A DNA stretch of 64,000 nucleotides, taken from contig CM106586.1 of NCBI GenBank assembly GCA_048013815.1, positions 18,848,001 to 18,912,000 on the forward strand, read 5' to 3'. Numbering within the stretch: the first letter of the stretch is position 1; every line of letters starts with the position of its first letter. Below, one piece after another: positions 13,597-25,756 of the stretch. A program made the position numbers and the translations under genes. Source of the DNA: Setoptus koraiensis. Lineage: Eukaryota > Animalia > Arthropoda. The notes under the pieces were generated by a model. It saw only the letters and a program-made list of their open reading frames with translations. It did no database searches and was not told the origin of the DNA.

Positions 13597-16500
13597 GGCC
13601 CAGACGGAGCAGAAAGGTACAAATAAATCACGCCGGCGCTGCTTGGCCCGGCGCAAGCTGACAAGTGTTGGCCGGCGGCCGCATCTATGAGCCTTGGCCG
13701 CAGCACAGCGATGCTCATGTCGATGGTGATGTAATCATGAGGACGGCGACAATCTAAAGCGGCCCAACAGTCACCTACAGCAACACACGACAACAGCGAG
13801 CATGGAACAACAGAGCACAGAGAGTGTGCAACAGCAACAATTTGCATCGTTGCCGTTGTTACGTGATTGCGATCGGCGCTCTGGCGGCGCTGCCACGCAA
13901 ACACACTTGTTAAGCCAACATGAGCTGCTTGTTGTGCAACAAGGCAAACAATGCGCGATGATCATGTAATAATAATCTTCATTACAATCGCCATCATTGT
14001 GTCTATGTGATTAATTAGCGCTTCTTCTTACTCTCAATTGTTGTGCGTAAGCCGCTTTATTGCACTTGATATTAACTTTGCTACTCGCCACTGGCGGCCA
14101 TTGTTCGCCAGTTTGGGCCCGTGCCCAGCGATCGCCGGCTGGCTGCAAATGATGATATCACAACCGCGCCGTGCGCCGCTTTATTTTTTTTTATAGGCGC
14201 ACGGCGAGCGTGTGCAATAATTAATGATTGCTCAGCTTGTAACATGTCGGCCGGCCGGCCCGAGCTGCCGGCCGAGCGGTCCTAAGTGACCAATTGGCCG
14301 CAGTTGTGCGCGGCAACATGCTAACGCCGCCGTCGCGGTTGTTGCTGTCGATGTTGTTGTTGGCGTTGTTGTTTATAACAAGTGGCTGTTGTTGGCGGCG
14401 GTGCAGCAAATTGAATTGATTCGCGCAGCAACAATAAATCATTGCATTATGCTCTACATGTTGCTGCGTCGTCGTTGTTGCTGTTGTTGGTGCTGCTGCT
14501 GCTGTTGTTGCTGTTGTTGTTGCCGTGGTTGTTGCCGTGGTTGTTGTTTACAACAAGTGTCTGGCTCTCATGCGATCATGCAGCAAGCACAACAGTGCTG
14601 CCAGTGCTCTAATTGCGCCAGCGCCGGCCACTCAACAGCGCCAATGAGCTGGCACTGGCTGTTTGCGTCTTAATTAACATATTTAAATTATAATCATAAT
14701 CATATTGTCTTTGTTCTCTGTTCTCTGTTCGGCGCAGCAACAATTGCGTGCCCGGCACTCATCGCTCGCTGTTGTTTGGCCAGTTGGCGCGATGCAGATT
14801 TGCGCAACTTTTCGCCTGCCACTTGCCACTCTGTGCTGTGCGCATTGTTCGCTGTTGCACAACACAGGGCCTCTGCGACAGAGGGCCCATTCATGCTAGC
14901 GCGCCGGGCACGTTTCATCCGGCCGAGCGCGCTTTATCCGGCCGAGCGCGTTTCACCCCAGCGAGCCGGCCCGGCGAGCTGTTGCGTCATACTGCCGGCC
15001 ACTGTCGGCCCGCAGTGTCCGCGTTAGAGATCAACTGAATAGTCAACAGTCCGGCGTGTCCGGCGCGTCCGCAGTGTCGCGACGAGGGGCGCGCTGGCGC
15101 GAAATGGACGGCGCGTGATTCGGCGCCCACTGAGCGGCCAACACGACAATTAATGCGAGCGGCCGAGAACGTGATTACGTGTTATTTTTGAGCAAATGGC
15201 GCCAACTGGCCGCCGACCAATCGCTCACATTTGTTGTTACACACGTAATTGGCCAGTGCATGTGATATATGCCGCATTATGTTGCGACCGGCAGCAGCCG
15301 TCGCAATATAATGCGATATGCGGTCGCAATGGTCGCTCGTTGACTCATTTGCCAAAATGGCACGCACCGCGCCACGCTGCACCGGCGATATCGCGCAAAC
15401 GATATCGCACAGCGTCGCACAACGTCGCTCGATGACGCACAACGTCGCGCAATTTGTGCTTTTTGGCACGCGGACGCGCAAAAAGTGATGACTGCCCATG
15501 GTGACGCAACTTGCACTTGGCGCCGATCGGGGGCCAAGTGCAAGTTGCCCCCTTCGGGCCGGCGCAAATTAACCAATTGACATTGGTCAAATGGCGGGTC
15601 GGCGCTGCCAGGGGGCGACTTGTTGCTCGCAATTGTTGCTGGATGAGTTGCGCCCGTGCCATTGTGCAAATGGGCAATGTCGGCCATTAATCCATGGCGG
15701 CCATTTGATTATTATTACATTCATTTTGCGAGCAAACATAATTAGTTTGTTTGTTTGTTTGGCGTTGCACTTGTCGGTTGCGCCGGCCGCTTGTCCGACG
15801 CCGGCCGCATGTCCGACGCCGGCCGCTCGTCCGACGGCGGCTGGCACTGGCGCTTTGTGCCGGCTGCTCGCTGCAACAAGTGCAAGTGCGAGCGGATAAA
15901 TACAAACGCAAACACAAATATAAATATAAAATAAAAAAATGAAAGCGTTGCTGTCTGTGTCCATCGGTGTCCATTGGTGTCTCTTGTTGGCCGTTCGTGT
16001 TGGCTGTTTGTTTGCGTGGCTCGCGAGCGGCGACCACTTTCCAGCCGACGGTGCGCTATTGAAATAAAGCCTTTCGAGGCAACGAAATTAAATCAACCAA
16101 TCAGACAAAATGAAATCAAACAAACAAATCTCATTTGCAAGTGGCGCTCGCAAACTGCGCCAGCAACTATAAAGCAACCATTATAATTGCTGCCGCCAAG
16201 TGCCAATTGGCCGGCCACAAGCATGGCCGCTAATCGCCATCATAATAATAATTATTATCATTTATACAAATGCAATTAAGCCCGGCAAACAAACAAGCGA
16301 GCAGCCGTCTTGACGCCGCTGTCCGTCCGCCCTATACGGCACCACCGGTGCCATACGACACAATGCCGATAATTTACCGGCTCGACACTGCAACGCCGGC
16401 CCGGCTACGCTAGACGGCCCGACACTGCAACGCCGGCCCGGCAACGCCAGACGGTCCGCCAATGCCAGACGGCTCGGCAATGTCGGGCTGGCTGCGGCCG

Positions 16501-19500
16501 CTCCGTGGGCCGGCCAATGCGGCAAATGGGCCGGCCAACCGGAATAGATGGCGTCCATTCACTTGCAAATATGGCACCGATCGTGTGGCACATTGCGGTC
16601 GCGTCGGTGTGCGCATCTTGTGCACGCTGTGCGAACGTGCCCGAGCTTCGCGCATGGACTCGCCGGTGAACTGGCCCGTAGATCCTTGCGTGGATTCGGC
16701 CGTGGATCCACGCGTGGATTCGGCCGTGAATTCGCGCCTCGATTCGCGCCGGGATTCACGCCGGGATTCGCGCCCGGATTTGCAGCCCCGCCTATGGCCA
16801 ACCAACAGGGATCACAAGCAACAGCGTGAATCTGCACGCGCTGGCAGGGCCAATATCCACGCGCGGACAGGGCGCACAGAGTGGTGAATATGGGGCGCGT
16901 GATTTATGATCTACGGCCCGTGTCGGCGTGGGCCGACCCATGGACAGTGTTGCCGGCGGCGGCCAAACAACCGGCGCACAACCGACGGCGCCATGTTGCG
17001 CAAGTTACGCAAGCCACTCTAATGCTCGTACATGTTGCGTCACACAAGTTACGTAAGCGACGCGATGACGAATGAGAATTTGCCTAGCTGGTCAATGGTT
17101 CAGTGATGCGCGACATGTTATTGTGACAGCGTGTGCCGGATGTGTCAGCCAGTAACTAGATTATATAACCGCACGAGAGAACTCGCTGCTGTCGCTGGCT
17201 GAGATTGGCTGCCTCTGGCAGCGGCTGCTCGCCATTGTTTGCGATTGGCCGCTGCGAGTCAGTGTCGTCGCGTTCGCTCGCATCACCTGATTTGTCGGGC
17301 CGGTATCGGCCGATTCGAGCCGATCGGCGACTCGAGCTGATCGGCGACTCGAGCTGATCGGCGATCGGTGCGCTCCGAGCGAACAATCGACGACCGGCGA
17401 ACAATCAGCCGAACTGATCACCTGTAACCTGTTGGTATTGCTAATGCATGCAGATAAACGGCCGGTCGACGGGAGAAAGGAGGAAGTTGTTTGTTTGCTG
17501 TCGTCGCTGCTGTCGCTGGCGCGGCCGCAAACTAACAAGTGTCGCCAATTTGAATTGCGTCACATCGCATCGCACACTCTACGAGAGATGATATCGTTGC
17601 CGATTCGGCTCATTATGGCCAATCGCACAGGCCCGCTCACACAGGCTCGCAAACAAGGATCGCGGTCGCCGTTTGTTTGCAGTGTCGTCGTCGTTGTCGT
17701 CGCTGCCGTCGCTGTCGTCGCTGTCGTCGCTGTCGTTGCTGTCGTTGTTGTCGTTGTTGTCGCGAAAGCGACGACGACCACGCCAGCCGCTCGGCACAAC
17801 CGGCGCAGGCCCGGCATTGGTTAGGCAGCGCACATTGCTCGCGTGCATGCTTTCGCCGGCCACATCCGTCCATATCCGAAATCCGTGCCCGATCGTAATT
17901 GTTATCTAATAGCTCTGTGCCCATTGGCTCGTCGGACGAGCCACTTAATTGACAGCTGATTGAATTGGACCAATCAATTTGGGATCAGTCTAATCACTAC
18001 GCTCTGATAATCACACTCTGATTAAACTCACATCGCCTGCGACATCCAGCCATGCTAATTGCTTTTGCGACAGCATGCAAAGGGTGCCTTTTGCATTGCT
18101 TTTTGATCCATTCCGAGCGCTCATTTATTGCGAGCGCTTGGTTATTGGGAGCGCTTAGTTATTGCGAGCGCTCGTTCCCATTCCGACATTCCGAGGGCAA
18201 TCCGAGAGAAGGAGCGTTTTTTGCCCGCCGCGCCCGACTAAAACAATCGGGCCGCTTTTTCACTGCGCTGCCCTTGCCCTGTCCCGTCCCGTACCGTCCC
18301 GTACAGTGCAGGCTGCATTTGGCCTGTGTTGTGAGTCAGAACTTTTGACAAAACTTTTGTCTGTTGCTCGCCGAATGCAAACAAACTCATTTTGGCACAC
18401 ACACACACAAACAGATAATTCCAGATGATGCCACCAGCAGCGATTATGCAACCAGCATGCTGATAACGCCACCAATGACAACATAATTGTCATTGTGTCA
18501 TTGTCGATTCACAGGTGAATCACAGTTGCCGACATCGGCCGACAGGGCCACACTCAGCTGATGTGAGCTGAGTGAGTCGCGGGTTTGTTGCAGCGTCACT
18601 GGGGCTTCGGTGCGGGTCACGTTGCACGGCCCACGTGCCACGGTGCCAATACAAGGCGCGCTGTCGACCGGAAATTGTGGCAGACAGCGGAAAGATGGGG
18701 CGTGAGATCAGCTGATTGGCCTGTGGAAAATTGGGGGCGCGAACAGGTGTGCAAAGTGGCAACACTTGTTGTTATTGATTGCAACTGGCACTGACAATGA
18801 CTTGTGATTTCGTCTTTTGTACTTGATTACGACTGGCAACGGCCAACAGGCCGCCGCTTTCTGGCGTGTTATGGCCAACAAAATGCCAGAAAGCGCCAGC
18901 TTAAAAAAAAATAAATAAAGAGGCGCCACGCGACGACCAGCCGCTGGCTGCCGACGGCAGGTGAGCGCGCATTTGCATAAATAACATAAATAATAATGAT
19001 GATGATGATGATAATGATAATAATAATCATAACGATAATCGTAATGTAAGCACAATAAACGGCATAACATGATAACGATTCTTTGTATATTTGTATGTTT
19101 ACGGCATGTGTACGTTGGCAAATCGTGCTCGCCGAATAGTTATGGGCGATTGTCAGTCGGGGGGTGATAGATGAGCCTGGGCTTGTTGTGTTGGCTGGCA
19201 GCTCGCTGAATGGGATGAATACATGATGATAAACAACAACGGCAAATTTGAATATCATCATTATCGCCATGGCCGATGCCGCCAGCCCGTTTCGAAGCCG
19301 CTCCGAATGCCTCTTGCCGAATGCGAAGGCCAGCGCCAAAGCGGCCAGTGCGCCCGACCGACCCACCGACCGGCGCTGAGATTGCCAGACCGAGCGCCGG
19401 ACGCAGCCGATCGCGGGCCGGCCGCTCGCCGATTGGTCGTGACGGCCGCCATACTTGCGGCCAGCTACTCAATCATCGCCCAATGACACAACGGCAACAG

Positions 19501-20962
19501 TATTGCGCCGACAGCGCGCCAACAGGTGAAGCCAGCAGAAGCCGGCCGAAGCCAGCAGAAGCCGGCCGAAGCCGGCCGAGTGGCCGCGCAGACGGACGGG
19601 CGCACGGCAGCGGCTCGACAAGTCAGGTAGTTAACCTATGAGTGTTCATCATTATGCTAATAGCGATTGCCGGCGTCTCGCCAACAGCGGCAACACTTGG
19701 CGTGGCTGTTGTTTGTGTTGTTGTTGGCGTTGTTGTTGTTTGTGCTGTTGTTGGCGTCGTTGTTGGCGTCGTTGTTGGCGTCGTTGTTGGCGTCGTTGTT
19801 CGTGTTGTTGTTCGTGTCGCTGTTGGTGTTGCCCTCTGTGTTGTTGTTGGCGTTGTTGTTGTTGCGGCTCGGCGAGCTAACATTTGCCGCCAGCAACAAC
19901 TGTGAGCCGGCTAATGTCAGCCGCCCGTCAGCCCATCTGACGCGGCGCAACACGCCGAGCGAGCACTGGGTGCCGCGCCAACCGACCAACAAGGCGCCGG
20001 CCCGCAACAGCGCCAGCCGCGCTATGCAAACAACCGGCCCAGTATGCAAATGCCACTGCTGATTGCATTAACGTTACGCCATTAACAGGTAATAGGTAGC
20101 CGATTGGCGCTGCAATTTGCATTCTCAATTGTTGCTCATTTGCGAATTGCTTCTCATTCATCGCCGGCGTGTCTGTCGCTGGCATCCGTTCGCTCGTCGG
20201 CTCGCAGATTGAATGCGCTCGCACTCGAACCAGATTTATTCAAATAGGCGCCGGTCGCGCATCGAAAGTGAGCGCCGCTCGCCACAGAGCCACTGCGAAG
20301 CCGCCATGAAGCCTCTCTGAAGCTACTCGCCGCAGTGGCGCAACGGTGCCGAGACGAGGCTGAAACGGCGCCGAAAAGGCCGAAATAATACAAACGAAAT
20401 TGGGCCCGCTCCGAGGCACGACAAACGGACAAGTGTGCAACATGAATGCGCAAACGCACAGCCGGCTGATTGTTGTGCGAGGTCGGGCCGGCCGGCGAGC
20501 GGCGGACGGCGGCCAGAAATGGCAAATTGAAATGAAAATTAAAATTAAGCATGCGCCGATGATTGCGCACGCAACAATCGAATCAGACCGTATCGACGGG
20601 TGCCGGCCCGCACCATGCGCGCCGCTCGCAGTGTCCGCGCCACTTGCGCCGCTCGGCGTGTCCGCTCGCGGTGTTTGCAGCGTGCGCGCCGTCGGGCCGC
20701 TATGCGCAGCGCCGGCGCTCAATTCACACGAGTCGCGCGGGACGGCGCGGCCAAATTGATAACCGGGGCCGACACTATTGATTATGATTGATTGGCTGCG
20801 CGCCGGCCGCGCCGCCCAGCGCCTCGGCACGCACCGCGACCAAAGACAACAAGTGTCACCGGTTGCGCAAGGCTCGCACCGCTCGCTTCTCGCCGACAAC
20901 TTCTCTGGGCGACTGTTGCGCCCGTTGGGCGCATCTGCTTGCGCGTTTGCGGCGCCAGCGTG

Positions 20963-21094
20963 CATACGGTCGATATACGGTCGATATACGGTCAGTATAC
21001 GGTCAGTATACGGTCAGTCTACGGCCAGCGTATGGTCAGTGTATGGTCAGTCAATGGTCAGTATACGGCCAGTGTATGGTCAGTGTACGGTCAG
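20963..21094. repeat. Degenerate minisatellite ~12 x 11 bp (GTATACGGTCA-like)
   Basis: Direct inspection. Confidence 0.9.
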
Positions 21095-21945
21095 TGCAGC
21101 TCGCCGGGCAGCTAGCAGCAGCCAATTTGCATACTGCTGCCGGTGGCTCGCCGTGGCGCGCTTGTTGCCGGCCGGGCGCGCTTGATTGGCGAGCGGCGAG
21201 CGGCGACCGCAGCCGACGGCGACCGTTAGCCGTGGCTGGCGGCTCTCCGCCGAAACCGGCCGGCCGCTCGGTCTGGCCAAACATTGTTTGCGGCGGCGGC
21301 GGCGGCCGGCGTTAATGGCTCGCAGGCGCTCATTGGGCCGATTATTGAAATTATCATTATGTTATCGCCGCTATCATTTAAATAATAATATTATTAGCAT
21401 AAACGCAACGATGACTTCATTAGAATCCATTAGCCAGCGCAAGCCGCAACTAGTTTGTTGCTGCCACTTGCGGCTTGCTTATTGGCGCTGGCCGCTCGCC
21501 TCTCGCTATTCGTTGCTCGCCGCTCGCCGCTCGCCTCTCGTTATTCGATGGTCGCCGCTCGCTGGTCGCCGCTCGCTGGTCGCTATTCGCTGGTCGCGAA
21601 TAGCGAATTTGTGAATTGCGAGCTGCGAACTGCGAATTGTGTGCCCATTTAAATATCGCAGCCGCTCGACGGACACACAATTTATAGGCAGTTAATTAAA
21701 GGCAAACGGCCAAACGGTTATCGGCACACACACACACATGAATATATGCATATTGATAGGCGACTTGTATGTGCGGCCGGCGCAAGCTCGCAAGGCCAAC
21801 AACCGGATAAGACAACAAGTGGTTGCAACGTATGCAACATTGTACATGGGCAGCCGTGTTAAAAAAGTTTGTTTTCTCTCAAACAACAAAGTCGTGCATC
21901 ATTTAAATCATGCAAATCAGCTTGTTTGTATGCTCGCTGCCACAG

Positions 21946-21976
<31 letters not shown>

Positions 21977-22574
21977 AAACTTTGTGTGTTCGTGTCTCTC
22001 GTCGATCATTAATTATCTTTTGGGGCATCTTTCGGTCGGCCCGATCTCCGTCTCGTCGTCGCTGTTACTCGCCAGCATTGGGCTGCTACTCGTAGCCGCC
22101 AGAGAGCCAGATAACAACAGCTGATTGGTGCTGCTGTTGTTGTTGTTGTTGTCGATTGTTGGCGCTGTGTGTTGATTGTGTATTTGAATATTCGGTGATG
22201 ATGCTGCAGCAAACATGCTAATGATGCAACTCGCTATGACTCAATTAATACAACACGATGATTGTATGCAAACACACACACACACATGCAAACTGTTGCA
22301 TGTTGGCGCCCTCTGCGCCGGCAGCCGGCAGTTTGTGTACCAACATTAACATACATTGCAACACAATCTGCCATGATACATAAGCCGATATTACGCGCCA
22401 CTGCTACGTATTATCAACCGTGTACTAGTAGTATGAGTATTATCAGGTATGCGCTTTATGAGCCGGCGTATCAAATCCGCGACAGCAACAATATTACATC
22501 AGTCAATAAATAATAATAATGTCTTGACGAGCGCCAACTAAATCAGGTTTACAAGTCGGGCGCAAGTTAGTTAG

Positions 22575-22577
<3 letters not shown>

Positions 22578-22636
<59 letters not shown>
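22578..22636. repeat. (GT)~29 microsatellite
   Basis: Direct inspection. Confidence 0.95.
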
Positions 22637-22638
<2 letters not shown>

Positions 22639-23382
22639 AGGGTGCGATTTGCATCCTGCTATTGCGTAATCCTTCCAACTCTGCGGTCAGGCTGCTCGCT
22701 TGGTCCACTGGCAACACCGCAAATCTCGCATCTCAGGCCATTATCGCCCTTCTCTCACCATCATCAATTCATAACACACACACACACACACATAATGCAT
22801 AATACACATAATACATTATGTAATGTTGTATTATGTGAGTGTGTGTGTGTGTGTGTTTGCTATTAATTGCCTGCAACAGTGCAACTGGGCAGGTGAATTC
22901 ACAGGCACCTGTAACGACACTCAAGGTGACCAGTGAATTTATCCGATCATGCTCATCATGATTTCACTGTATTGCGCAAGCCGGCTAATCATCGTCAGAT
23001 GGCACGCGCGTTACACTAGTTACTACCCTACTTAATTACTGGTCACAAAGCTCGCATTACTATTACGCAATATGCCAGCGATCTTTCGTTTTATTTTTAG
23101 CACAATTCATACCTCTGATATTGTGAGCAGTCAGAACAAACATCGATGCAAAGACAAACCTGTTAAATTTACATCACGCCAAAAAGGTAAATCAACTTTC
23201 TTTGCAAGCTCAACCACTGCCAATAACAATATAGCTGCACCTGTAAGGTGCTCCAAATTTCTTCATTATTCTCCTCGTGTCCATTCACTTCGACACCGAA
23301 TCAACTCTCATATTGCTCAAATCAAATAATGATGTGTGCCTTGCTTGTCTAATGGTCCACCATTCTAATCTTGTCGCTATTC

Positions 23383-23388
23383 TTTATT
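23383..23388 (-). terminator. Candidate polyadenylation signal AATAAA, copy A
   Basis: Plus-strand tttatt ~90 bp inside the duplication boundary; conserved at 49612-49617. Other candidates lie near 23847/50081. Confidence 0.3.
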
Positions 23389-23909
23389 CTTCTTTTCTGT
23401 CTAACACTTACTCACTCGTCAGAGACACTAAATGTAGATGCAGCAGCAGCTTTACATTTTCGTTTTATGTCTAACTACTTGTGGCCATTGTCATTTTTGT
23501 TATAGGTGGCCATGATTTCGTTAACAAACAAATAATCTTGTGTCGGAAAACTTTTCTGCATCAAAATCATCATGCTTGAATAAGTTGCTTCTATATACAG
23601 TTAGTGACCATGCAATGTTGCCTAGGATGAAAAATGTCTTCAGCTCGATTGTGGCTAGTCGTGAAATAAGACGAAACTTCAAAGTCATAAACGCATTACT
23701 ATATAGTTGTGTCTGAATATCCGATAGACTTATAGATCGATCGCAAGAAATTGGTGCATGCCGAGACATACAAGATTAGTCTCGAGATTCGACACTCGAA
23801 ACGGCGGAATTAGGGATTTGTTCTCTTGTGAATGCTAAATTCACTATTTATTTTTATGGTATTGCAACTCGAAATACTTTTCAAATACTCTTCTATCATT
23901 GATAATCAA

Positions 23910-23921
23910 TTAAATAAATAA
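23910..23921 (-). promoter_or_regulatory. AU-rich element (UUAUUUAUU nonamer) in putative 3' UTR of copy A
   Basis: Plus-strand taaataaataag; also present in copy B near 50145-50155. Confidence 0.3.
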
Positions 23922-24086
23922 GTAAGACCTACATCTTTTCATTTAGATTGGAATCCATTATATCTAATCAATCAATTCTGATTTTGTCATACAATTGTTG
24001 AGATGCTGAGAGGCTGTTTGTCTCATGGCAGCTAGCGTCATGCATAAGATACGATTCATTTTAGTCAACAGTTTTTTGCTATCTTC

Positions 24087-25756
24087 CTAAGATGAAGTAA
24101 TCTCGTGTTTTAGTTTTAGCGATTCTTTGCTCAATTCTCTGGGCGACTTGTGATAGTCAGTGGCTTCTGTATCGTTCTCTTCAGTGTCTGTATAGTCAGT
24201 GTGTTCATCCGGATCAGCGGTCATTCGAGAGGAATTGGTATTGTTGCAAAAAGCACTAGTCCTGTCGGTGTGATTATCAGTTTCACTGTTGATGAGATCA
24301 TTAGGCTCAAGCTTAGACTTTTTTCTATGTTGATCATCAGAATGTCCGTAATCAGGGCTATGCTCTATTGTTTTAGAAGATTTTGATAACTGCTCATCAG
24401 TATAGTCTTCGTCGTCATCGCTAACGGTGCGCTCCGGATATTGACGTTTTCTTGATGATCTATTGTTTTTACTTTGGGATGTCTTTGCAACCAGAGAGTC
24501 ATCATCAGTATCATCAATTAGTGGAAACATTTGACTAGTAGTAACCTCTGTCGTCCTTCGCTGGACAAGATTTTTGGCATAAATAAAGTCATCCTCGACA
24601 CGATCAGTCACCTCCTTGCTTCTGAGATCGTCGGCAATATCGATGTGTCCCTCTTCTGACACACTCGGAGACTTGTTGAGATTATCGCGCGATAAATTGT
24701 AAGAATTATTTAACTCTTTTTCGTTATTGCTTGGTGACTTTCTGCAATAGCTATCATCCCTATTGTTTTGTCTTCTGGCATATTTTGCAAGTTGCCGTTT
24801 TTGCGAATCGTTATCGGTCTCTAACCTGTTTAACTCTTCTTCTTGATCATCATCGCTCATCAGTTGGTCTCTGGAACCCGTAAATGATTGAGAATTTTTA
24901 TCGCCATCGGACAATTGCAATTGATGACGGCGTCGATCGTGGTTATCTTTCTGCAATGCACCACACTGATTAGATTGGTAAGAGGCGAACATCGAATTAG
25001 AATGCAGGTCGTGGTGTTGGTTGTGTTGCTGTTGATGTTGATGATGTTGTAGATGAAACGAATTTTGATGATGCACAGAATTGTTAATCAGTTGATTGAC
25101 TGTCATTTCATTAGTGAGGTGATGCTGGTTCATAATGGATGCTTTAGTTGGTATAGGTATGTCTAGATCTAGATTATCATCGTAGTTTGAGTCGTTTATA
25201 GACGACATTGGGGAACCGGGCTCGCTGCTACCCAGAGGTGGGTTGATGCGTTTCTCTTTTTGACGCCTGTTGCAAAACCATACTCTCACTACTTCTTTTT
25301 CCATACACAAATTATCCGCTAACATGGTGATATCTTCGCTAGTGGGTTTTGGGTTGGCGATGAAGGCCTTTTCAAGGGCTACTCTAACAGTTGTCTCAAT
25401 AGAGGTTCGTTTCTTTCGCCTTCTGCCAGCTATGGCTTCAGGTGTATGGTGGTGCAAATGATTTGGATGTAATGGATGATGGGGATGTGATATCATAGAT
25501 GATGATGCCGATGATGGCATTAATGTTGATTGGCTGTTAGTTGTCGGGTGTTGCACAATATTAGATACTGCCATAGCACTGTTCGTTGGCACGATAGAAT
25601 TGTCGGCATCTTGAAGCCAACGCTGGAGCAGAGGCTTCAATTTGCACATATTCTTGAAGCTGAGATTGAGTGCCTCAAATCTCGAGATCGTAGTCTGACT
25701 GAAATCGTTTCCATATAGTTTGCCCATCGCTAGTCCGACATCGCCCTGAGTAAAAC
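24087..25756 (-). CDS. nub: Copy A last exon (POU-specific 3' half, linker, homeodomain, acidic tail)
   Basis: Acceptor aataccag| at 25757; TAG at 24089-24087; 13 aa differences from copy B. Confidence 0.95.

Larger units (their letters stand above)
1..23000. other. Gene-poor non-coding region downstream of copy A (probable cis-regulatory landscape)
   Basis: No ORF with a recognisable domain; ORFs present derive from simple repeats. Long gene-free flanks are typical of developmental transcription factor loci. Small spliced exons cannot be excluded. Confidence 0.55.

Noticed and set aside
23072-23329. ORF sharing the C-terminus RINSHIAQIK with 49346-49558
   Set aside because: The shared end simply crosses the duplication boundary; the N-terminal parts are unrelated.
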